Positions 11,390-23,122 of a DNA stretch of 35,855 nt are shown one piece after another. Under the pieces are notes generated by a model. The model was not told where the DNA came from and did no database searches. It saw nothing but the letters and a program-made list of their open reading frames with translations. Location: contig NC_068985.1 of the NCBI RefSeq assembly GCF_001194135.2, positions 71,546,555 to 71,582,409 of the forward strand, given 5' to 3'. This DNA comes from Octopus bimaculoides (taxonomy: Eukaryota). The first letter of the stretch is position 1. Every line of letters starts with the position of its first letter. The translations under genes and the position numbers were made by a program.

Positions 11390-12160
11390 GCCTTGAGTCC
11401 ACTCTAATTGAGTAGGCCTGTGATCAAAGACATTTCAGTCATGACTACCCCATCTTATGAGGAGAGAAGCCAGGGCACAACATCCAACATGTCTTATTCT
11501 ACTACAGTAGTGTGCGATTTGAGGGAGATTTGATTGTTATTTCTAGCAATTTAAGTGACCATGTAGAAGCTTCCCTGTTGGCTCATTGTGATAGAGACAA
11601 TTGTGTTTGTAATATAGTTAACATTATTATTATTATTTATTCAGGCCCAGCTCAGCACTTATCAAGCAGACCTACATTTAAAAGCATTAAACTACAACCA
11701 TCCTTTCTTTTATATGCAGTGTATAGAACTATAAAAACGGATATAATGAAAGCACATGGCTCAGTGGTTAGAGTGTTGGGCTCACAATCATGAAGTAGTG
11801 AATTCAATTCTCAGACCAGGCTGTGTGTTATGTTCTTGAGCAAGACACTTTATTTCATGTTGCTCCAGTTCAGTCAGCTGTAAAAATTAGTTGTAACTCA
11901 CTGGTGCCAAGCTATATCGGTCTTTGCCTTTCCCTTGGATAACACTGGTATGCATGGTCTTCTATAAACAATTTTGCCCAGACTTGTGCTTCGGAGGAGA
12001 ACTTTCTAGGTGCAATTGCATGGTCTTTCATGACAGAAGGGAGCCCTTTTATAGAACTATAAAACCTGTTATTTCAAACTATCTCAGGCTGTATTGCATG
12101 ATTTGAGCTAATTTGGTTGCTATTTCTAACAAGTAGAGTGACCATTTAGAGGCTCCTTTA
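11390..12160 (+). repeat. Two interleaved copies of an uncharacterised interspersed repeat (F/G modules), the second interrupted by SINE A
   Basis: F module (...gcagacct..gatcaaag.catt.cag.catgac.a.ccc) at ~11395-11460 and 11640-11710. G module (gatttgagggagatttg...gctatttcta.ca) at ~11515-11570 and 12095-12150. Also seen at ~340-400 (-), ~1140-1212 (-), ~15065-15105 and ~15195-15270. Confidence 0.55.
11751..12045 (+). mobile_element. tRNA-derived SINE family A, with a probable 15-bp TSD
   Basis: Family A head, body and tail. The direct repeat TATAGAACTATAAAA lies at 11722-11736 and 12050-12064. Confidence 0.85.
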
Positions 12161-12184
12161 GTAGTACTTGTTTCAGTGTGTGCA

Positions 12185-12216
<32 letters not shown>

Positions 12217-12527
12217 TGTGTGTGTGTGTGCATGTGCATGTGCGTGCGTGTGCACACACACAATATGACAATGCCAGAGTTGACAGAAAGCTATGCTATG
12301 AGAGCAAAAACAGTAACAATGAAAGTGAAACAAATATAATATTCAGCTTCAGAAAAAGACGTCTCTTTCAAAAACAGAAAATGTGTATGGGTAAAATGAT
12401 GGGAGTGTGGGCAAAATTGGTAACTGGGGCAAAATAAGTAATTTCTGATTCTTTTTATTTTTTTAAAATTTTATATTTACCTGTTTGAAATCATTACATT
12501 GCAAATACTGCATCACCATCATTTTTG

Positions 12528-12630
12528 TATAAATTAAATACCAGTTGCATACTAGGGATCAATCTAATCGACTGACCCCCACCCCCCACCCCAAAATTTT
12601 AGGCCTTGTGCCTAGAATAGAAAAGAATAT
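12528..12630 (+). mobile_element. SINE family C 3' fragment
   Basis: aattaaataccagttgcatactagggatcaatctaatcgac...aggccttgtgcctagaatagaaaagaa. Confidence 0.75.
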
Positions 12631-12921
12631 CTTAGCTGAAACTCTCTGGAAACAACTGAAGTATTCCTGCCTATGTTAGGCAGACAACAGCTTTTACAGA
12701 GGAAATATTCAATAATTATAACACAATTGTTTAAATACATCGCTAACAATCACAAAAATAATTAGATTAATCTCTAATAATTAGTACATCAGTTTCATCA
12801 GTTGAATAATAGCATCAATATTTCTAAATCTTCAGCACAAACACTTATTTGAAAGGACAACTTGCACCTAAAATGTCACTTCTTACATGTTAACCTTAAG
12901 CTATTTATACTGATGCTAAGC

Positions 12922-13335
12922 AAGTGTTTTCCAGCCTATTTTCCCAGACCCCACAATAACTTTCCAGAAAAATGTATGCCCCACCGGTGGTTGGAAGAAA
13001 AAAAACAACTTTATTTTTAATATTCTATCACAATTATCTAGTACAAAAGAGTTTACTGGTAACTTTTTTGATTAAGTACTGAGTACAAGAAAGAAGTGTT
13101 ATACTGTCGCAAATGGTCTTCATACAGTATACTTGGGTGGAGGTATTGGTTTGGCTAGGCTGGGTATACGTGCAATATGTTTGCTGTGAAAAAGAAGTTT
13201 TTCACAATTTCATGTCCAACAAAAACAAGAAAAGAAAAGATTTTGGCTCTCACACCCCACCACAATTTTCTCAGTCCCTACCTGTGGGGTGTATGCCCCA
13301 CCTGTGGGGTGTATGCTCCACAGTGGAAATCACTG
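12922..13335. mobile_element. Decayed hAT-type MITE (~414 bp)
   Basis: Left end aagtgttttcc and right end ggaaatcactg (degenerate CAGTG(A/T)TTCCC TIR). Flanks TGCTAAGC (12914-12921) and GGTTAAGC (13336-13343) match 6/8 with a central TA. Subterminal CCCACCTGTGGGGTGTATG repeats. Confidence 0.6.
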
Positions 13336-15578
13336 GGTTAAGCCATTAACTTTTGCTCTTCAGTCTAAACTGGATAAACATTCTCCTAGAGAAATTAAGC
13401 ACCTTGGTTTTGTATCACGGTTTACTGCCGATATTCATTATAACAAGGGGCTCTAATACTTGAAGAATTGATGCCTTATCTTGAGTCCATGTTGATTTTC
13501 TGCACTCTAGTGATTCCACTGAGTTGTAAAAAGAAAAAAAATTGCTATGGATGAAGAATCAGATGAAGAATTTCTGCAACTAAAGAACTGTATGTCATCT
13601 TAAAAGTTCTCTTCTTCCTCTTCTGGCTTCCTTGAAGCATATTTGGTGTGATATTTCTACCGGCTATGAACGACCTTTTATACCTGATAAGGAGACATTC
13701 AGTTCTCTTCTTTTCTACTCTTCATCATTTATCTCACTCTATTGACAAAATAACAATGGTTTACATTACTGCAAATACATCTAATGAATGAACATCTTCA
13801 CACACAAAAAAACTCTGTGAGATAGGGTAATTCATGTATTTATAATTATGTGTTCATTTCTTTCTTGCGTATTGATGGTAGTGCTTCTGGGTGTAGCAGT
13901 GTCTGTGATGATGGTGTTTGTAGTGGTAGTGCTGATGCTGGTGGTATTTAAACTAAAGATAAAATGGAATGATAAAGTCTGACAAATATGGAGTAACGGT
14001 GATCCCATCTCCATGTTAAAACATGTAATGGAATCCACTGAGAGTGAGAGCTGTGTTCAGGGCTGCTATCATCGTAAAACCAAACAAAAACAGGATTAGA
14101 CATACTCATACACTCATGAGACCTATGTTTGCCAGAGTTCAAAATGTGAATAAATGCTACACATACACACACATACTTATGTATATGTTTGTGGACATAT
14201 GTGTGTATAAGTGCATATTTATTTGTAAATACATATGCATACGTGTGTCACATACCTATGTATGTATATGGTTAGGTATGTGCACTTAAACTCTTAGGCC
14301 TTGAAACATTGTTATAGNNNNNNNNNNNNNNNNNNNNNNNNNNNNNNNNNNNNNNNNNNNNNNNNNNNNNNNNNNNNNNNNNNNNNNNNNNNNNNNNNNN
14401 NNNNNNNNNNNNNNNNNNNNNNNNNNNNNNNNNNNNNNNNNNNNNNNNNNNNNNNNNNNNNNNNNNNNNNNNNNNNNNNNNNNNNNNNNNNNNNNNNNNN
14501 NNNNNNNNNNNNNNNNNNNNNNNNNNNNNNNNNNNNNNNNNNNNNNNNNNNNNNNNNNNNNNNNNNNNNNNNNNNNNNNNNNNNNNNNNNNNNNNNNNNN
14601 NNNNNNNNNNNNNNNNNNNNNNNNNNNNNNNNNNNNNNNNNNNNNTATATATATATATATATTATATATATAATCTTTTTATTGTATGTATACTTGTGTT
14701 TGTCAAAAAGCAATTTTGATTTGGTGGTGATGTTTTTTTCTGTCAATGGAAATGGAAATGAAACCAAGCAAAATAACTGATAAACAAAGAATTTCCTTTG
14801 TTGTCGTCTTGGTTACTTGTGTCTTGTTTGTGTCATACAGTACTTGGTTGAGCTGGCACTTATGGTTCTGATTGATATGGTGTCTGTGATGGCAGTAATT
14901 TGTATGAAAGATTACATTCTTGTAGTTGCAATCATTTAACTTCATGTCTGCTGAAAATGAACTGACCTTTGGTCAAAAGCTTTATAATTGTGACCATTTC
15001 ATCTTTTTGTTATGCATAGAGAACCCAAGATTTCATTATCGAATGTCTTTTTTTAAGATAGTAAGATGTAAATTGAGAGTGATTCGGTTGCTATTTCCAG
15101 CACTTTGACCTCCTTTCTTGGCATATTTCGGTGGTGATGTTGTTGGTGCTGAAGGGTATTGTTGATTAGTGTTTGTGACTGTTTTTTTATCCCTCATTTA
15201 GCTTCAAGTCAGTAATAATCAAGCAGATCTATAATTAATGGAGCTTCTATCATGACCATCCCGTCTTTTATTCAAACAATGCATCTAAGGCATTTTATGC
15301 AATGTGCCTTACATTATTTTAAAGACAGCAGAGAAAATAACTAAAAGAGGCCAGTGGCATGAATTTGAATTGCAAAGTCAATGAGGAGTGTTCTGAATGC
15401 TGTTCATGCTAAATTCTTAATTTATAAAAATTTCCCATGTGGGCCAAAAAAGGAAAACAAAACCTAGCAATAATAATTCTTAGGAACTTTGAATGAGAAG
15501 GAGTGATAATTGCATGAAACTAGATATTCATGGGTGAATTAATAGGCTTTAAAGATAAAGGACCGTCGGCCTTCTCTT

Positions 15579-15637
<59 letters not shown>

Positions 15638-16126
15638 NNNNNNNNNNNNNNNNNNNNNNNNNNNNNNNNNNNNNNNNNNNNNNNNNNNNNNNNNNNNNNN
15701 NNNNNNNNNNNNNNNNNNNNNNNNNNNNNNNNNNNNNNNNNNNNNNNNNNNNNNNNNNNNNNNNNNNNNNNNNNNNNNNNNNNNNNNNNNNNNNNNNNNN
15801 NNNNNNNNNNNNNNNNNNNNNNNNNNNNNNNNNNNNNNNNNNNNNNNNNNNNNNNNNNNNNNNNNNNNNNNNNNNNNNNNNNNNNNNNNNNNNNNNNNNN
15901 NNNNNNNNNNNNNNNNNNNNNNNNNNNNNNNNNNNNNNNNNNNNNNNNNNNNNNNNNNNNNNNNNNNNNNNNNNNNNNNNNNNNNNNNNNNNNNNNNNNN
16001 NNNNNNNNNNNNNNNNNNNNNNNNNNNNNNNNNNNNNNNNNNNNNNNNNNNNNNNNNNNNNNNNNNNNNNNNNNNNNNNNNNNNNNNNNNNNNNNNNNNN
16101 NNNNNNNNNNNNNNNNNNNNNNNNNN

Positions 16127-16185
16127 AAGAAGAAGAAGAAGAAGAAGAAGAAGAAGAAGAAGAAGAAGAAGAAGAAGAAGAAGAA
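16127..16185. repeat. (AAG)n microsatellite at a gap edge
   Basis: Pure AAG run; source of the poly-K ORF artefact. Confidence 0.97.
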
Positions 16186-16190
16186 TTTAT

Positions 16191-16404
16191 ACTATTGGTT
16201 CAAGGCACAAAGCCTGAAATTAGTGGGAGGGATCTACTCAATTTCATCAATACAACTGCTGAACTGATATTCATTTTATTGACCCCTGAAAGGATGAAAG
16301 GCAAAGTCAACCCCAGTGGAGTTTGAACTCAGAATGTAATGAGCCAGAAGAAATGCCACCAAGCATTTTGATTGATGTGCTAATGATTCTGCAAGCTCAC
16401 TGCC
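16191..16404 (-). mobile_element. SINE family C, full length
   Basis: ttgacccctgaaaggatgaaaggcaaagtcaaccccagtggagtttgaactcagaa...tgctaatgattctgcaagctcactgcc; adjacent to an (AAG)n run. Confidence 0.8.
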
Positions 16405-16860
16405 ATAATAATAATAATAATAATAATAATAATATCAGTAATGTACTATATTCATTGATCCCAAAATTAACCTCAACAGGGGTTGAACTCAAAGTACCGA
16501 GAGTCAGAAGGAAACTGACTTTACCAACTCTCTTTATACATAGGCAAACAAATAAGCAGAGTAAAATGGCTGAATAGGACAAGGAAAACACTAACGTGTG
16601 TGGGTTGGTGGGTTATTTATGTATATATATATGTTTGTGTATGTGTGTGTATATATATAATAAATGAGTATATGCATATATACGTACATGTATGTACATG
16701 CCTACATCTACATGTATATATAGATGCATATCTGGGTACAGGACGCTGCAAAAAAACGTGGACAAAATGATAAACGGAGTACAGAAAACACACAGGCCAC
16801 ATAGAGAACATTTCCTTCATCAGCTGCCACCATTCTAAAACTAAGTGTTTCGAAGAGTTA

Positions 16861-17190
16861 GGGCACATGGCTCAGTGGTTAGAGCATCAAACTTACAATC
16901 ATCAATTTGTGTGTTCAATTATTGGACTGAGCTGTATGTTGTGTTCTTGAGCAAAACACTTTATTTCACATTGCTCCAGTTCATTCAGCCGTAGAAATGA
17001 GTTGTGATGTCACTGGTGCCAAGCTATATTATTTTTTGCCTTTTCCTTGGACAACATCAGTGATGTAGAGAAGGGATATTGGTATGCATGGATGACTGCT
17101 GGGCTTCCACGAATTGCATTGCCTGGAATTATGCCTCAGAGGGAAACTTTCTAGGTGTAATCCCATTGTTATTTGTGACCAAAGGATGTG
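16861..17190 (+). mobile_element. tRNA-derived SINE family A, full length
   Basis: gggcacatggctcagtggttagagc...cttgagcaaaacactttatttcac...ctttctaggtgtaatccc. Confidence 0.85.
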
Positions 17191-18620
17191 TTACCCTTAT
17201 GTATATGTATATCCTTTCAACTATGGTAGACTAGTGTTTGACTGCTTTTCTTAGTATGTTTGTAGATTTAAAGAAAAACCTACATGGGAGAACATATTTG
17301 TTTATGAAATCATATGACAAAAACGAAACAAATTTTTGAGAATATGCAAAAAGAAAAAAAGAAGAAAAAATTTCATATGACAATTAAGATCTTAGAACCC
17401 AAGAAAAATAGTGTAACAGAAAATTGTTGATAGAGAAAGAAACAGGACGAGTAATGGGGATATTGAAAGGACAGCTAGGGTCTTTTGACTATTGAAAAGC
17501 AGAAAAGATAAATAGACAGTGTGCGTATCAGTAATGTGGAATGAAAAGGAAATAGATGTAGATAGAAGTCCTTCAACAAAAGAGACAAAAAAGATGCTAG
17601 GAATGAGGTGAGTAAAAGGATGGATAAGAGAGGGAGAGAGGGAGAGAGGGTACATGCAGAAAGGAGGATTGTAGGAGGTGAGCAAAAGGCATTGTGGGAT
17701 GGAAGAAACAACTAACAAAAACAGCAAAGAGAGAGAGAAACAATGAACAAGTAGTGAGGAAGGAAATGAAAGAGAAAGATATTGATGTGTGTGTTTGTGC
17801 AAGCATGCATATGCATTTGTTCATTTGTGTATATGTGTGCATAAAGGTATGTATATGTGAATTAGCAGAATCCTTGACAGCAACAACAAACAACATGATG
17901 GAAGTGGAACAAAGAATATAAAATACTGAACATGAGAAATAGAAAATGTTTTTGTTTTTGTTTTTTACCTCAAGCGATGAGTGTGTGTATGTATGTTTAT
18001 TTATGTGCATGTGAATGTGATACTCAGAAAGGAGAGGAGAGAGAGAGAGATGGGGGGGGGGGAAGCAAATAAGGAAGAAAATTTGTGACTGAGATGTAGG
18101 CAGTGGTAGAATTCATGTATGTGTTATTAGTGTATGTTTTTGTGTACATGTGTTTGTGATATACCCGTGTGTCTGCATGTCTAAATATGTGTAAATGTCT
18201 TTCTTTGTGTGTGTGTGAGTGTGTGTGTGTGTGTGTGTNNNNNNNNNNNNNNNNNNNNNNNNNNNNNNNTGTGTGCACGTATTTCTGTATATATCTTTGT
18301 ATGTACATCTCAACGTCTAAATTGGTCTGTTTTTTTTTTTCTGTGTGTGTGTGTGTGTGTGTATCTGTGTATGTTTTAGAATGTAAAGAGAATCTAGGAG
18401 AATTTAATAGAAAATACCAAACACTGCAGCTTTAACAGTGGAATTTAGAAGATTGCAGTAGAAGCACTACTGGAAATATACAGATGTTATCAACACTGGC
18501 TGATATCCAGAATATTTCACTGACTGTTTCACATTTGATGCATGTGTATGAGCCTGCACGTTTCAAGGAAGATATATACATATATATAAACACACACATA
18601 CACATTTATATCATATATAT

Positions 18621-18805
18621 TCTTTTATTTGTTTCATTCATTTTGATTGTGGCCATGCTGGAGCACTGCCTATAAGGGTTTTAGTTGAACAAATCAACCT
18701 GAGTACTTATTTTCTCTTATTCTGTCAGTCTCTTATACTGAACTGCTAAGTTATGGGACATAAACACACCAACACCAGTTCTCAAGTGGTGATGGGACAA
18801 ACACA

Positions 18806-18850
<45 letters not shown>

Positions 18851-19026
18851 TTATACATACAATGAGTTTCTTTTGGTTTCCTTCTACCAAACCTGCTCAC
18901 AAGGCTTTGGTTGGCCCAAGGCTATATATAGTACATGGCACTTGCCCAAGGTGCCACACAGTGGAACCGAACCCTGGACCATGTGGTTGGGAAGCAAGCT
19001 TCTTACTACACAGCTACACCTGCACC
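18621..19026 (-). mobile_element. tRNA-derived SINE family B (CORE-like centre, internal (TG)n tract), full length
   Basis: Minus strand: head ...tgtagtaagaagcttgcttcccaaccacatggtccagggttcggttcc, CORE-like ggcaccttgggcaagtg, internal (TG)n, and 3' part ending ...ctccagcatggccacaatcaaaatgaatgaaac. Collinear with the copy at 23490-23905. Confidence 0.85.
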
Positions 19027-19805
19027 AATATATATGTATATATATATGATCTACAGGAAAACTTCACTATTTTGGACCCACTCCCAGAGAATTGTCGATA
19101 CACTAAATTCATGCTGCAAGTTACTGCATGATTAATTCAAAACAATGTGAATAAATAAGCATTATATTTGATAGAGTGATCTGAATGGTACAAGGTTAAT
19201 TGCTGTTTAGAACCTTGGATACTAAGAGTAAATTCTACAAACAGGAGTTAATGCTTGATGTCCAACCAACTTGATGAAACAGAGTAATTTTTCCAGGTGA
19301 CAAAGTAGAAATTGCTGAACACGGCAGAAGCCAAATCCATCACTACTAATTCAAAGAAGCAGGCACCTACAGGCCAAATTATAGCTCTAGATAAAAATAA
19401 CATCTATACTTTCAGAAAATCCTCCTCCACTGCTAATTAGGTCACCTAGGTAGCAGAGACTATCTACTATCTCTAAGGACCCTTTTGGGCATTCGAGAAA
19501 ATCTATTTTCCATGTAATCTTGGTATCTATTCCTCCTATGCATGTCACATACAAAGTCTATTTTCTTTGTTAATTTTTAAGTGATTCCACTGAACTTCTT
19601 ATATGTTCACAGTTTGCAGTAGGTACACTGTATGGGATTTCTACCTGATGATGATGATGATGACAATGTTCATAATGAACAGGGTTATTTACTCAAAGGT
19701 ATTAGGGTCTGGTCTGTATTATATGTACATTTATTTACATGTACATGTGTATGTATTTATATGAACGTGTATACATATTTATAGTTACATGTTTATATAT
19801 TTATA

Positions 19806-19910
19806 ACCTGGTGCAAGATTCTGGCAATGCCAGTTTCAGTCAAGTCATCCAACCCATGCCAGCAAGGAAAATGGACATTAAATTTTGATGATGATGATGA
19901 TTATGATGGT
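19806..19910 (+). mobile_element. Family E 3' fragment
   Basis: atccaacccatgccagcaaggaaaatggacattaaatttt(gat)n. Confidence 0.75.
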
Positions 19911-20478
19911 GGTGTATATTTCTGTTTGTATATGTGTGTGTGTGTGTGTGTGTGTGCATATTTGTATATGAATATGTATATACATGTATATGTAAATATG
20001 TGAGTAAATACACACACCAATACACACACACACACACACACACACAATCACACACATACATACATACATACATAGAGAGAGGGAAAGAAAGAGAGAGCTG
20101 CATTTACAATTATCCATATATCATTTTTCAGAATACGTCAAGAAATACATTCTGAGGCAAGAATTTATCAGAATGCTCAATTTACTAATGTTAAGAGTTT
20201 TACATCATGTGCACAAACCAAATCAAAAATACAATTTGACTCTTAAACAAATCCCAAAATATATCACCATAGTGCATTTTATGATGTATTTTGTAAGATG
20301 ATATATTGACAGCTCTAAAAACAGTGGTGGCAATGCTTGTTGATGCATTTTGTGCTCTAGTACTGGGCTTAAATGGAAAACACATGAAAAGTTATGAAAT
20401 TTCACTGAATTTTGATACCTTGCAAATTTATTGCCATGAAATTTACATGTAAATATATAAATACATATACATATATAT

Positions 20479-20532
<54 letters not shown>

Positions 20533-20839
20533 GCACACACACATACATATATGTGTATAAGCCTACATCTGATGATGGATTAACTTACTGAAACTTTGAA
20601 GTCACTGTCAACAACATTCTTGTTTAATAATAATAAATTTGTACTCAACAAAAGTATAGAGTTGCCCACCAGGTTAATGTCAAATTATTTCTACTATAAC
20701 AACATAAAAAAACAAACATTATCATATATACATATATACACACCAAGCAAAATGCATAGCAGCATTTCATATATATACCTGTTTCTGTCTCTCCGTCACA
20801 CTCTTATCTTTCATCATCTGACACAAGATCACCTCCACC

Positions 20840-21185
20840 AATGCCCCCTCTCCTCTCAATGGATCTTTGTCTTGCGGGTTACTTGGTGACCCTGCCAGTG
20901 CTGGTGGCATGTAAAAAGCATCCAGTCCACACTGTAAATTGGTTGGCGTTTGGAAGGGCACCCAGCTGTAAAAACCATGCCAAAGCTGACCTTGCCGCTG
21001 TCCTATGCCATGTAAAAAGCACTCAGTCCATTCTGCAAGGTGGTTAGGGTTAGGAAGGGCATCCAGCCGTAAAAACCATGCCAAAAACAGACACAGAAAC
21101 TTGATGCAGTCTTCTGCCTGACCAGGTCATCTCAAGCCATCCAACCCATGCCAGCATGGATGATGGACGTTAAACTATGATAACA
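20840..21185 (+). mobile_element. Retroposon family E with a tandemly duplicated core
   Basis: Two ...catgtaaaaagca...ggtt..g.tt.ggaagggca.ccagc.gtaaaaaccatgccaaa blocks (20907-20985 and 21009-21085), then the tail. Confidence 0.8.
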
Positions 21186-21654
21186 ATACATACATATATA
21201 TATATACGTGTATGTATATATANNNNNNNNNNNNNNNNNNNNNNTATATATATATATATATATTAATTTGTTTATGGGAAACATTTTGAATATAGATGTG
21301 TGTGTGTGTGTGTGTGTGCTTCATAATTGTCTTTCTCATGTACTAAATGCAGCACATCAGCAAATAGACTTGTATTTGCATATAAGTCACTGAGCAGCAA
21401 CTCACTTCATTTCAAGATGATCCAAGAACATAATATTGATAAGCCACAATTATGGCAAAATATCAGTAGCTACCATTCTCGACGATACCAAGATGAGCTG
21501 TCCCACCTGGTCTGTGGCATTCTGATGTTCAAAATGTCACAGACCAAATAAGACAAGCTCCCCCAACATTGCATTGGGAGCTTTTCTTGGACCCTATCTC
21601 ACAGCAAATTTGGTGTATAAACCAAACACATACACTATGTATGAGTGACCAATA

Positions 21655-21717
<63 letters not shown>

Positions 21718-21727
21718 CTTTTACTTA

Positions 21728-21790
21728 TCACATGGTGGGACTGAACCCAGAACCATATTGTTGAGAAGCAACTTTTTACCACATAGCTAC
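21728..21790 (-). mobile_element. SINE family B head fragment
   Basis: tgggactgaacccagaaccatattgttgagaagcaactttttaccacatagc. Confidence 0.7.
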
Positions 21791-21830
<40 letters not shown>

Positions 21831-21866
21831 GGCCTGTAGGTGCCTGCGTCTTTGAATTAGTAGTAA

Positions 21867-22400
21867 CTCTTCAACCCTCATAATGTCAAGGTAAGCTACT
21901 CCTGCTTAGACAACATTTCATCTAACATTGCACGCATCAACATGTAAAAACGCTCCCATACAACCCCCAACCTGCAACTGTCAAAACCCTACCACCTTCC
22001 CCTTAGGAGGATCCTACCTCTCAAGTGCTATAGTGTATAGAGCCACCCTTACACCATCCAATGGCATTACTAGGCACTATACGGGCATGACAGCCAATGA
22101 CTTCAAGGGAAGATATCCCAGCATTTGCATTCATTTAGATCCAGGAACAGAGAGAACTCCACTTTCCTGTTACGCTTTCTCTGGAGACTTAGTGACCCTC
22201 CAAGATGAAACACCTAGCATCAAGTGGACTATTATCGACAAGGCACCACCATATTCACCCAGAGCCCTTAATTGCCACCTGTGCCTCCCCAAAAAACTGC
22301 ATATCGTCTACCAACCCACAGTATCCATCAATAAAAAATGAGGTATTGTATTGCTGTCACCAGAGGTACACCCTTCTGGTAAATTTCAAGCCACTGGCTG
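21867..22400 (+). pseudogene. Penelope-like element (PLE): RT-linker and GIY-YIG endonuclease C-terminal remnant, 5'-truncated
   Basis: LFNPHNVKVSYSCLDNI..., TCNCQNPTTFPLGGSYLSSAIVYRATL...HYTGMTANDFKGRY, IKWTIIDKAPPYSP...CHLCL.KKLHI, K.EVLYCCHQRYTLLVNFK. These match the PLE layout VSYSC / CNC..CPL..CL / IVY.A..YIG.T...FK.RY / C.LC..EK. Frameshifted. Confidence 0.88.
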
Positions 22401-22547
22401 CCAACAACCTGTCTATACTACCTTAGTACCAGCCACCTTTTAGCACCACCTGTTCCAAGTTCACTGTCACAAATTAACCCCCATGAACAGTACTGCAAAT
22501 CCCTAATCCTCAACACTTCTCCATGCCTGTCTATCTGCATGCTCTCG

Positions 22548-22645
22548 CCCCTTGTACATCACCTCTTGTACATCACCCCTTGTACATCACCCCTTGTACA
22601 TCACCCCTTGTACATCACCCTTTGTATATCACCCCTTGTGCATGA
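22548..22645 (+). repeat. Minisatellite, 14-bp unit CCCCTTGTACATCA, ~7 copies
   Basis: TTGTACATC-like motif recurs at a 14-nt period from 22552 to 22636. Confidence 0.95.
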
Positions 22646-23122
22646 CCACATGAGTATATGTGTGTGCATGTGTATGACTGCACATATGCATCTGCTAATT
22701 GTATGCATGCACACATGTTTGTGTGTGCATGTGAGTGTGTGTGTGCATGTGTGTGTGTATATGTGTGCATGCATGTATGTACGTGTGTTCCTTCATGTGT
22801 GTGTGTGCAGATGTGTGAATGTACATCTAAGCACACATAAACATTCGTATAAGTATGGATGCATACACACAGATATATGGGCACATACATGTACATATAT
22901 ACACATATAACCTCACATCTACCACCTCTTCCCCCCAACCATACAACCAATTTCTTTTTCACCAAGCGGTTGATTTCCTGTTCACCATGCGGTATTTTCA
23001 AACTAATTGTTGTTACTGAAATACCAACATCAAACAGCCATACTGCATGACCTTTCTCGACCAATTGCAGCCTAATGTCCAGTAGTAAACATTGATTCTC
23101 TTCAATCAAACTCTCATTCAGA

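Noticed and set aside
13380-13830. Unique-looking segment with a short acidic frame (MDEESDEEFLQLKNCMSS)
   Set aside because: Reminiscent of piggyBac N-termini, but no TTAA-flanked TIRs or catalytic motifs could be identified.
17400-17770. Strongly purine-skewed tract (and the pyrimidine/C-rich tract at 24880-25440)
   Set aside because: Low-complexity degenerate sequence with no definable unit, termini or coding motif.
19645-19661. CTGATGA as a hammerhead core (also ~20567, ~25909, ~35294)
   Set aside because: Part of (GAT)n repeats, or lacking a downstream GAAA and pairable stems.
21327-21551. 74-aa ORF in unique sequence
   Set aside because: No recognisable motif and no convincing donor site; length is compatible with chance.
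21555-21592. Short inverted repeat AAGCTCCC...GGGAGCTT
   Set aside because: Only 8-bp arms, expected by chance; not a meaningful terminator in a eukaryotic context.
22548-22645. Regularly spaced repeats as a possible CRISPR array
   Set aside because: Head-to-tail 14-bp units without spacers, in eukaryotic DNA with no cas genes.
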